Assembly: GCA_011109175.1 (NCBI GenBank)
Contig: RDEW01000029.1
Span: 34,158-98,157 of the forward strand
Direction of reading: 5' to 3'
Source of the DNA: Dicyema japonicum
Lineage: Eukaryota > Animalia > Dicyemida
DNA length: 64,000 nucleotides
Of the stretch, positions 52,920-63,900 are shown in pieces. The position numbers were made by a program, and so were the translations under genes. Each line of letters begins with the position of its first letter. The first letter of the stretch is position 1. A model generated the notes under the pieces. That model ran no database searches, was not told where the DNA came from, and saw only the letters and a program-made list of their open reading frames with translations.

Positions 52920-53505
52920 ATGGTTCTTTATGAAGATTTAGATTCATTGAATAATACACTATCCACTAGAACTTATATTTCTGGGTCGCTGTTTCATTAT
53001 ATTGCAGAGATCAGCTGTCCTCACTCGATTTTGAGGCCTTTCAGATAATGGCCTTGAACCCTCCGACTTCTCAGTACCCTCATATTCTGCGTTGGTACAA
53101 CCAGATTTCAGCACTTTCTCCCCGAACGGAGGATCGCGAAAACGACACTCAAGAATTGCCAGTATACATGAGTAAAGACTTGTTCTCACTCTAGACGGCA
53201 AAACAGAGAAATACATGGCCGTTATAGTAGTAAAATCCAGAAACCATGACTTAGACATGTCGCATGTGGACGCCTTCGTTCGTGGAATAAATAAAGTAGG
53301 ACTAGAATGGGGAGAGAGTTGTTCTTAGCTTAACCCAGGCATGATAGAAGAGGAAATCTACGGGCTACTGACCTATAAGATAGCATGTGTGGTAAACGAT
53401 GCCGTGGATATCAACGACGTAGTGTTCGAAATCATGTACAACGAAGAATTGGTAGTCTAATACTAATTCCAGGAGGCAGAGTTGTCATCATTCCAAACTT
53501 TTTAA
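52920..53505 (+). CDS. Divergent elongation factor 1-beta (eEF1B)-like protein, 5 exons
   Basis: N-terminal LNNTLSTRTYISG..PPTSQYPHILRWYNQI (eEF1B GST-like). C-terminal VRGINKVGLEWGES..YGLLTYKIACVVND..SSFQTF (GEF-domain pattern). Introns are 23, 23, 21 and about 21 nt. Confidence 0.78.
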
Positions 53506-53566
53506 ATCGATTAACCTGTTTAACGTCACATTACGTAGTAAAAAGTGTTCATTGGCTAAATTAGTG

Positions 53567-56500
53567 TTAGGCTAACACACTGCGACAGTGAAGGCATAAC
53601 TGAGAATCGGGGATAGCTGTGAACCTCCGACATCTCTGACATTTCACATTTCTTGTTCTCTCATAGGAGACAAAAATGTCTAGGAATGAGAGAATAATAA
53701 ACTATCAACACTGAAAGAGAATTGGGAGGGAGTACCCCCAGCTTGTGTTCTTGCACATCGGAGAAACTCGGTAAGGGGAGAGTAGGTGTCCCCGTCCACC
53801 ACACGTGCAAGATCCTATAATATAAAAGACTAGTCTAACAGAAAATGAAGAGTCATGGACACGCACATCCATACAAGATAGGTCAGGGACCTTCTCAGCA
53901 AGCACTCTTCTTATCTTCTGCAAAATACCGATCTTCACTAGCAAGTCATCGTCAATGGTAAAGTCAAAGGATGGCCATTCCTTTTGGAAGAATGAAAATC
54001 CTGAATATGGGAGACCTTCCCTCACGGGGTGGTGTAGATAGACCTCATCAACAAGATGAGGGGCGATTGGAGCAAGGGCAACCATAAAGAGGTTGAGACA
54101 GTGACTCAGGCATATTTGAACTGATCGGCGGTATTCAGAGTCACTTGGGAAACAGTATAGCCTTGTAAAGGACCAATCCTACCTGTGCTTTTGAAGGGGA
54201 AAGAAACTGGTGGAGGCTAGTCGACTATAGTCCTCCAGTAGTTGCAACACGAAGGAGTACTTGTGAGACTCATAAGCTGATATAATCTAAGTCAAGGACA
54301 AATATTACAGATTCATTCCAGGTTTTGATAATGTGCATAAAATGGAGGTCAAGTGGCCATAGACTGGGGACGGGGGAAGCACTGTCAAAGTCGTGGAGGC
54401 ATCCCAACATGAAACGGAGAAATTTCCTCATCTACAATAATGGACATTAAAGAACATGAAAAACACGGTTATAGCAATCTTTGAATATGTTAGACGAGCA
54501 CGTGGCATCTGATTGAAATGATGTGGATGCCACCCACCACCTTAGAGTAGTGGCACCCATCTTTTCCGTGATATCCCATGGATCAATCACGTTGCCCAAT
54601 GATTTGGACATCTTCTGCCCCTTCTGGTCCCTCGTAAATCCGTGAATCAACAGATTACTGCAATGAGGATGTTTGATACTCGTATGGAGCACGTGACTCT
54701 AGAGCGGTGCTTGTCAACAAAGAAGACTGAAACCATCCCCTTATCTGGTCTACTCCTTCAAGATATATATCGGCTTTTCCTCTAACATCTGATAGCACGT
54801 GGATCCAGGACAGTCCACTGTCCATCCAGATGTCCATGATATCGTCCCCTTTCTTCAGTTTTGAGTGGTCAATTCCAAGCCTGTGACATATTTCACTAGG
54901 AATCAGGTCATTCAGGTCTCCAGTCCACCAAATATCAGCCCCACGTGCTCTAAATAGGCCTTCTAAGTGCTCAATTATTTCACTAAACCATTAATATCAA
55001 TAAAACCTGTTAACTACGGGGTCTCCAGTTTCAATGTTGTAGAAAATTGGAATAGGCAGTCCCCAGGACCTCTGTCTAGAAATACACCACATGGGACGTT
55101 TATCCACGAGATTTCTAAACTCCTTGGCGAGATTAGGGGGTTGAATGTCCATTTTATCAATAATTTCCTTAATTACTCACAATCCTCTACCAAAGCTCGG
55201 TCCCGAACGGCGGCACAATCAAAGAACCACTGAAAACTCGGCTTTTGTATAACTGGTTGTTTACTTCTCCAATCGTATGGATACACGTGGTCATACTCTA
55301 CCACTGATATCACCATGTCCCCCAATCTATCAATAACTTACATCATCAACGTTTCTTACTCTCTTTGATGTCTACGAATACGTCCAATCCTCCCAGACCG
55401 AACACGTGTCTGAACCTACCATCGTCATCAACATAGTCGCTCTGAGTGAATATATCAAGGTACCATTTTAAGTGAGTGACTGACTCCAATAAGGAAGTCT
55501 TCGTAACCATGGGAAGGGGCACAATGGACGAGACCGGTCCCCACATCGTTAGCCACATGGGTCGATTTGATCATTGATCTATTTCCCTCAAACGGGTGCT
55601 GGTATACACATCCATCCAAACTGACTGAATTTTTGATAAATTCAAGGACCAGTCCAGTCTGTTCAACCACAGAAGGAACCAAGTCGACTGAGATGACGTA
55701 ATAAACACAATGATCTGGAGAATAGTACAGCCCATAGCTCGAATTAGACTAACATGTACTCAAAATTTGGATTATAGAGTATAGCCTCGTTACTTGGGAG
55801 AGTCCATGGAGTTGTAGTCCATATAATCACGTATATCGGTCCCATATGGCATTCGATTGGGGGATTCTTGAGTAGGCATCGCAAATAGAGGGATTGACTG
55901 CATATAAGCAAACCACAACCTCACGTGCTGGGAGTATTCTAACTCTGACTCAGCAAGGGCGGTCCTTTAGTGAACAAAACGACTACTTTGTAGAGGGCGA
56001 CCAATAAACAGGCATCATCTTTCGAAATATGATCCCCTGTTGTTATAGTAACCACAACCTTCTCGTACAGCAGCCTAAAGGCCCTGATTTGGTCTCCCTG
56101 ATAGTCAAAGTCCATAGTTCTATATGGAGTGCTCCAATCTGCCATGACCCCCCACCGTTTGAAGGCCGTCATCTGTCTTTTAATTGCCTCCTCTGCAAAA
56201 TTTCTGGCTTTAATAATAAGTCACGTGTGTTACCTTTGATTCTGATCTCTAAGTTGGAAAGGAAATGGTCAGTAAAGCAATCTTTGATCTTCCACTCAAT
56301 GGGAAGTCCGTGACAATCCCATCCGGGGATATAATGGATTCTGTGGCCCCTCAGTAGCTTATATCGGTTAGTTATGTCTTTGAGAATCTACCACGTGCTA
56401 CAACACCTACTTTATTAAGAGCATGGCCCACATGAACGTCTCCGTTGGCGTAAGGAGGTCCATCGTGAAGCACGAAGGTAGACCTGTTCCTTAACTTTGA

Positions 56501-56705
56501 CTGCCACTTGTACAAGGAGTCGAATTGACATTTCTGGAAATAATTTATTCAAAATTACTTCATGGACCTGCTCTTCTATTTTTGGTAAATCCACCTGAGA
56601 TAACGGAAAAGACGTTATCGGAAAATGCAGAGAATCCGAAAGCTTGGATGAAAAACGGAAAAAATTTGCTTTGGGAATATTTCTGATTAAAATATTAATT
56701 GACAT
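53567..56705 (-). CDS. IARS2: Mitochondrial isoleucyl-tRNA synthetase, 18 exons
   Basis: [15 protein letters not shown] (HIGH), [59 protein letters not shown], and C-terminal CQRC..CLHC zinc finger. Basic presequence-like N-terminus. 17 introns of 21-26 nt. Confidence 0.96.
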
Positions 56706-56899
56706 TTCAATAAGAATTCATGTGTTTTTAATTAATTTTAAATTAATTTTTGATAAAAAATATTTTTATAATATTACAATGAATATTAAATTTAAAATTT
56801 TTACATTCTTGTTGAATTTTTTACAAAAACATGAATTTTTACGTCAGCAAACCCTCAATATGTTCCTTCCGCAAGCCTAGAATTCTCCTCATTCTGCAC

Positions 56900-58320
56900 C
56901 ATTTATACGAATTATAGTCGTTTCTTAATGACAAAATAAAAGTAACAAATGGTCGTATAGAATGTCTACCGCGCTCCCGAAAATGTTGGATGGGCAGAGT
57001 GGATCGACACAAGTAGCCTCCCAGACCAAAGGTTTTCTTTCTTCGGATGGGAAAATTGTGATTCCGTCAGGACGTTTTCCCTCTTCTCTGTCCAGGCCAA
57101 TAGGTTCAAGTATGGCGTGGTATCCTGCAGACTTCAGGGCTCCCTTGACAATTCCTTTGATCGCCTTGTGTTTTGGGAATCGCCCTCACTTTTTTGACAC
57201 GAGAAGGCATGGTTTGTGTCCACAACAATCCACGGTGGCGCCACACCGGCATTTGTGAGTCTGGCAAATCTCCAGTCCAAGTATGGTGGCGATGCCGATG
57301 CGGAAGTATCGTCGTCAAAGTAGGTCACGACACTACCAACGTGCATTGATCCAAGCACCTCTTTATTCGCATCTTTCAGTGACTAGACAGGCACGTCTGT
57401 GTTGGTTTGATTGGTTCAGAAGTTTCTCATATTTATCCTCGCAGATGGTCCTGTAACGGTCTTAATGCTCAGGCATCATCTCCTTCAAATGCTCCATATC
57501 TGTGATTTCAGATGATTTTGTTTGGATTTGGAGAATCATCCTGATCAGCAGTTAGCTGGAGCACAAAGAGGATAGATACGCAGGGCAAGTTAGATTTTTC
57601 GGTGAAGGGATTCCCAGTCCGCCCAGGCTAACGCGTAGGGTCGCTTGGTCGTCAAATTTCACATTTGTGATACGTTCAATTTTGGTCCGGAAGAGGGAAT
57701 CGATAGCATCGAGCTGTTGCATTTTCAGGTAGCAGGGTGCCCCCCGAAGAACGTAGTTCAGTTTCTGTGCTGATAAGGCGTTTCTCAGGAGGAATAGGAA
57801 GGTAAATGCGTCCAGCATCTCCCGACGTCTGAATGTTGTTTTTAGTTGATGTTCTTTTGTTCTTAGAGTGTTACTGATTCCAGCATCAGTAAGAGGGCAT
57901 CCAAGTATTTCCAGTTGTTCTGATTTGGTTTCTGTGACTTTCGGAATGATCTCTTTGAACATACCAAGGATCAGATTCCATTCAGACTGCGAAAATCCAA
58001 AATTGGTAACTTCACACTTATTGGTGTTTAGAGTTAGGCATAGGGATTCCAGTTGTACTATCAGACTTTTCAAACAATCTAGTACATATTTCAGATGACC
58101 ACCCATGGAGCAATCATCCAAATACCATACTCTCAGAGGAGTAGAACAATATCCTGTGATACGGGCAATTCCCAGGCTAAAATGGGCAGGCCCCAGTGGG
58201 TCTCCTTGTTGGACTCCAGAAGATGAAATGTAATATTGGCCGTGTACCAGACTGGATGGTTATCCATCGAGCTATGAATATAGCTGTACACTGATGGGTA
58301 GTATATGGAGCAATCCTCCA
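56900..58320 (-). mobile_element. Degenerate CRE-like element (RT C-terminal part and endonuclease)
   Basis: ..LGCPL..LLRNAL..LNYVLRGAPCY..LGGLGIP and KRPDG..WEATCVD-like frames, broken. Confidence 0.8.
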
Positions 58321-58324
58321 AATT

Positions 58325-58920
58325 GTGTCGGTCACGTCTATGTTTACTTCGGACAAAAGGTTGGGGAAGATGACTGTCAAGTTAAAATTGGACATTGAAA
58401 TCCCCTTCACCAAATATCAAAAGATCCTGGGCGTGACACTGGATACACACTTATGTTTGTCACCACACGTGGCAAACATTGTTCTGAAGTGCGAGAAGAG
58501 AATCAATGTATTAGAATGTTTATCTGGAATATGGAAGACAGGTACCCACCCGGTCTTGATGAACATTTACAAGCAATACATCGAACCATGCTTATCGTAC
58601 GCGTGTGCTTCGTGGGGACCTTCATTATCATGGACGAACACGAAATCGAGGACGTTCAAAAGAAGGCTTTCAGAATGACGGAGCGGTGGTCTTGTGGGAG
58701 ACACAGAACTGGACCGACTACTCTGGAGGCCCTCATTAAACAAAACTCCGGCATGCATGACAGTGACCCTGCAAATACAGTTAGCCACCCTGTACTACTT
58801 GTGTGGGTACGAGGGAGGAGCACCAGGAAAGAATGAGGATTTTGGCGGAACGCATCGGGATCACGTGATAGTTAGTTTTGGTTTTACCGTGGTCTTGGGT
58901 GTTAAATAAATAAAATAAAT
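58325..58920 (+). mobile_element. I-clade LINE 3' fragment
   Basis: KILGVTLDTHL..YIEPCLSYACASWG; 3' UTR shared with 22930-23020. Confidence 0.8.
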
Positions 58921-59004
58921 CAGAAACAACAAAGAAACGAATTATACGGTGAATGATCTGAACGAAACTTGAAGAGGTTGACAGAGTAACAGGGACTCAA
59001 GTTA

Positions 59005-62000
59005 TTATTATTATTAATAGCACTTTCGAAGAACCAAAAATGTAATTTATTTAATTATGGTTCCGCTTGTGCCGTATTTTTCTTCAGGTTATTTTTTTTC
59101 CACAATTATCTTGACCAACTTTCTCCATGCTCTGCGGTTACAGGCAGTTATTCCGAGCGTATCCAGATCATCTCCAGTTTTCAGTTTTCGTCTTATATTG
59201 GTCAGGTCCTTGTGTAGAACCTCTGGCAAAGTTATGCGAAGTCTTCCACGGAACGAGAGCAGAAATAGTTATCCATTGCTATTTTAGCAAACGTCATCTG
59301 GTTCATTTGAAGGATGTGACAAAACAGACAACATCTTGATTCCAGGATATCCAGACTCAATGGTCTTGTATTACATACTTTGTATAGATTCTTGTTTGTA
59401 ATTTTTTTTCGGCCAGTTGATGCCAAGCAACAGTCGAGTTGAGTTTTTTTTTCGGCCAGTTGATGCCAAGCAACAGTCGGAGTTGCTTACGATGGAAGGC
59501 ATCTAGTTTGTCCATTACCGCTTCTGAGACACCCCAGGTTGCAGCGTTGTACATTAGGACTGGTTTCACGAAGGCATTGTATAGTCTCACACGTAATTGT
59601 GTGCTAATTTGTTTACGATGATTCCAGACTACTCCCATTTTTCTAAAATCCGCGATGGCCAACATCTTCCTGTTAGTGATATCCTCAGCGTCTCCGAGCA
59701 ACGACCCCAATTTTTTACAGTATTTCCATTTTTCATCAGTTCGGGTTAGTTCACGGCGCATGATAGTTGTCTCCGTCTTTTCCGTATTGATTTTGATGAA
59801 CCATTTTTCTAGGACATCTGGCATCCGTATATAGTTTAATGTTTTCTCGTCGCTGGATATATAGTCGATATCTGCATAAATCACTTCAGTTTGAGGTAGA
59901 ACGCCAATTAATAGTCTGAAGTCTCTGAGTGCCGCCTCCAGATATGTCACAAAAAGTACCGGTGACAAGGAATCTCCCTGCGGTACCCCGAACATTGTCT
60001 CGAATGAGACAGACTCCAAATTTCCAAAACGTACACTTAGATGCGTTGTTCCAAGTAATAGACGGATCATTCTGACACTGTCCTCGTCAACCAACTTCTC
60101 CAAGATATCCAAAAGTCTCCCTCTGTGTATAAAGTCAAAGGCTTTGGACATGTCCATGCCAAGGATGCCAATAGCCCCTTTGTACTTTTGATGTGTTGCA
60201 CAAAGCTATCGATGTCCCCAGACCACATCAGCTGTAGATCTCCCTGACATGAATCCGCTTTGACCGTGAGAGAGAAAGTTATCGATGTCAGATCCAATCC
60301 TGTTCAGCACTATAAGTGATAGTGTCTTGCGTAGAGTCGTCAATAGTACGATGGGTCTTAAATTCGTTAAGGGGTCTTTAGCTTTGCCCGGCTTTTGTAG
60401 TGCAATTAGTGTGCCATTACCCACATCCAGTGGTGAGTTGTATTTGAATGTTTTGTTGTATATCTCAGTTAATAGTTCAGAGATCTCGGTCGGTGCATAT
60501 TTGAGAAGTTCTGCATTTATGTCGTCAGGGCCAGCAGCTCTATTGTTGTTCAGTTTGTCCAGGGCTTTTTTTGTTTCCAGAATCGTTATCGGAATATTTA
60601 GTTCTCGTGCTTCAACATCGAATTGTTTGATTTTTCCCCGTGGTTTTGAATGAAGGCCTGCTGATAATGGCTGGATATGGCCGATGGAATTTCATTTTTG
60701 TTTAACATAGTCTTTCCAAACTGGTCATGTATTATGATTTTTGATGACTGCGTGTCTCTATGTAATAGGTGAACAGCCTTGAACATCTGCGCTCCGTTTT
60801 TGAGTCTTTCTACTTCTTTAGCCATTCCAGCAAGTTTATTTTCCTTTATTTCCCTCGTTCTTTTCTTTATTTTATACAGGGTTTGGTTCCGCATGACTCT
60901 TTGAGTGTGTTCCTTTGCCTGGTCCTGACAGGTTTCGACCTGTAAACGTAGGTTCCTCTGCAATTTGGATAGTTCTTCAAGCTCTTAGTCATANTATTTA
61001 GTTCTCGTGCTTCACCATCGAATTGTTTGATTTTTTCCCCGTGGTTATGATTGAAGGCCTGCTGATAATGGCTGGATATGGCCGATAGAATTTCATTTTT
61101 GTTTAACATAGTCTTTCCAAACTAATCATGTATTGTGATTTTTGATGACTGCGTTTCTCTATGTAGTAGGTGAACAGCCTTGAACATCTGCGCTCCGTTT
61201 TTGAGTCTTTGTACTTCTTTAGCCATTCCAACAAATTTATTATCCTTTATTTCCATCGTTCTTTTCTTTATTTTATACAGGGTTTGGTTCCGCATGACTC
61301 TTATAGTGTGTTCCTTTGCCTGGTCCTGACAGGTTTCGACTTGTAAACGTAGGTTCCTCTGCAATTTGGATAGTTCTTCAAGCTCGTGGTCATAGTGCCC
61401 GTTGAAATGCTTCGGTTTTACTCCAACTGCTGAATGGGCCGCGCACTTTATTGCATCGATGGTGTCTTGCCACAGCTTCCCAGGCATTTTTTCTTTATTC
61501 CACTGTCTGATCTTTTCTCTCAATGTATTTTGATAGCTTTCCCGAGTCGGTCCCACCATGCAGAGTTGCTCTACTGCGAACCTCCCCTCAGATATCCTCA
61601 TGCCAGCCGCTTTGGAAACCCCAAAATATCGTTTGAAAAGGAAACGTGCCACAACCAATCTGTGATCATTATCTACTAGTGTCCCACTGTAGCCCTGAGA
61701 ATCTGTTAGCAGTGCCTTGTAGGCTTGTTTGCAGATAATGTAATCTATTTGGTTATATATAGGCTTGATAGTCCCAGATTTGTCCTTTCGGTAGCAGCTC
61801 CATGTCGTCTTATGTCTTGCTGAGTGCCTGAAAGCAGTGTTGCATAGAAATAGTTTGAATGTATTGCAAAATTCGATAAGCGATTCTCCTGAATGGTTCC
61901 TGATCCCCCTTCCATGGCTTCCCATGAATTCTTCGTTACTACTCCCACGTCCTGCCTTTGCGTTCCAATCCCTGGCGATGTATGTCATGAACGATGTTTC

Positions 62001-62385
62001 CAAAGATGCATATAGTTGCGACAGGGAGGAATAGAAGTCGTCTAGTTCGTCTCCATTGATTAATACTCTCACCTTAGTTGGTGCATATACATTAATAATG
62101 AAGATTATGGAATTGTTCCTTTCACCGTATTTTAATTGTAAAACACATATTCTATCACCCTCCACGTCTTGTGGATTCGATTGTTGAGTTCTTTTTGTAT
62201 TGCAAATCCCATGCCGTAGTGTGGGCAATTCGAAGGGTGCAGAATCAGGCGGAAATCATTGTTGATTTCATCTAGTCCGCCTTTTACTTTCGTTTCCTGT
62301 AACCACGGTTACCTTGTACGATCCAAGCATAAATTTCTTCTTTTAGTATCCGACTTTAATCCTCTTACATTGAACGAGCTAATAG
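59005..62385 (-). mobile_element. RTE-like LINE, near full length, with a ~390-bp duplication at an N join (60994)
   Basis: APE: FNVRGL, INVYAPT, DWNAK, NQIDYI, DNDHRLV (ORF 61122-62228). RT: LRPIVLL, DMSKAFD, GVPQGDSLSPVLF, YAD. (TAA)n tail. Confidence 0.92.
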
Positions 62386-62814
62386 TGAAAGATCAAAAGC
62401 ACGAAAATTGGGTAAATCCATATTGAATATAAGAATCAATCCATTTGCGATTAACCATTACAATCAAATAACAAAAAAACACGTGGAATAAAATTAATTA
62501 AATATTCTAATGCTAAGACCTGCTTTCCGAGGTTAAACCAACAAACCTTTTGTTTAATTGTTTAAAAAATTCAGGGACTGTGGTAACTCGATGTCTATTA
62601 TTAACTTGCTTTTCAGTGTGTTAAAACATACTTCCATAATCATGCTACAGAATTCTCATCAACTATAAGAGACCAAGGTCAGAAAGCTATCTTATATTCC
62701 TTCGACTTACTCTGCTGCATAAACTCGAGTTTTTTCAAATTATGCAACGAAGTAAAAAATTATTCCATGATAATCGGTAATATTAAAAAATTTTTCTAAA
62801 AAACCCAGGTTTTC

Positions 62815-63050
62815 CGGTACCGATTTACTCCTGTTGCGGTCGAGTCATCGGGAGCCGTGGTCCAATGACTACTGAGTTTTTGCGCGAACTCGGAGGAATG
62901 CTTGCCAGAAAGGAAGGGATCAACGAGAAGGGTTATGACTGAGACAAAAGATTGGAATGGTTACACTCCGAAGGAACTCGTTTGCGATTCATGCAGCCGG
63001 CTTCCTCAACTAACATTTGTTTCTTTGTTAAAGGAACATAAAAAATAATT
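62815..63050 (+). mobile_element. 3' end of a CRE-like element
   Basis: VAVESSGAVV..RQKIGMVTLRRNSFAIHAAGFLN*; similar to 17120-17345. Confidence 0.75.
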
Positions 63051-63229
63051 TTTATAAAATATTCTTAATTTCATTAGTTTCAAAATGTTCTTTTAGCCAA
63101 AAAATATATTTACCCTCATCCAACTTCAATGACTAGAAAGTGAGGCTCTGATCGGGAAAGTGACGTTAATGATCGGGAAGCCCAATAATCAAATTAAAAT
63201 TTAAGCATTAACATTAGGCCTTTCTAATG

Positions 63230-63900
63230 GACAGGAGTTTTTTATGATTGTTATGAGACAAGTTATCGTGTCTCATGTTGACTAGTGACCTATTGGATCA
63301 TTGATCGGACTAACAAGGTCGTCCACTTATGGCCCAAGGATTCCCGACGTTTCTTCACTATAAAAAACGTAGTCTTCAAAATATTTAATAAAAAGTTCTA
63401 TTCTTTCGTTGTGATACTTACGCTGTGCCTGGAATCGAAGCCTACTCCTTTTGAAAATCGTCGACCCGAATGAAAGCAAAGTTGATTAGATTTATGGAAT
63501 CTTTGGAGGTATTTGCCTCAGAGTTATTTGTACCTTTGGAAACTGCAACAACCTTATCGTCCTCGGGGCTTGAAAGTCTTCATTCATTGATGGAAGGAAA
63601 TCTTCCGCAGTTCTCACTGTGTATCGAGACAAACGAAATACGCAGCTGAGACATTCTTTTGAGGGAAAAACAATCTCCAAGCTATTCGTTTCTGTACATC
63701 TAACGACATCACTTGTCATACAGGAACCTTCAGCTGAAGCATACATAGAAAGATTCGAACCCTGGCCATCAGGACTTTGTCCAGCACTTATGACACTACA
63801 CCATCCCGACTTAAACGACATTACAACGCATTTAAGAGCGGTCCTCGAGATTCCATAATCGAAGCTTGCCTTCTCAGGACCTCAAAAATTATCATAATTG
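63230..63900 (-). mobile_element. Very degraded CRE-like remnant
   Basis: The reverse strand has EETSGILGP*VDDLV, compared with VETSGILGPQADELV in the 45-kb element. The remainder is only weakly similar. Confidence 0.4.

Noticed and set aside
52959-53258. Minus-strand 99-aa ORF (MSKSWFLDF..)
   Set aside because: It is the antisense shadow of the spliced eEF1B-like gene on the plus strand.
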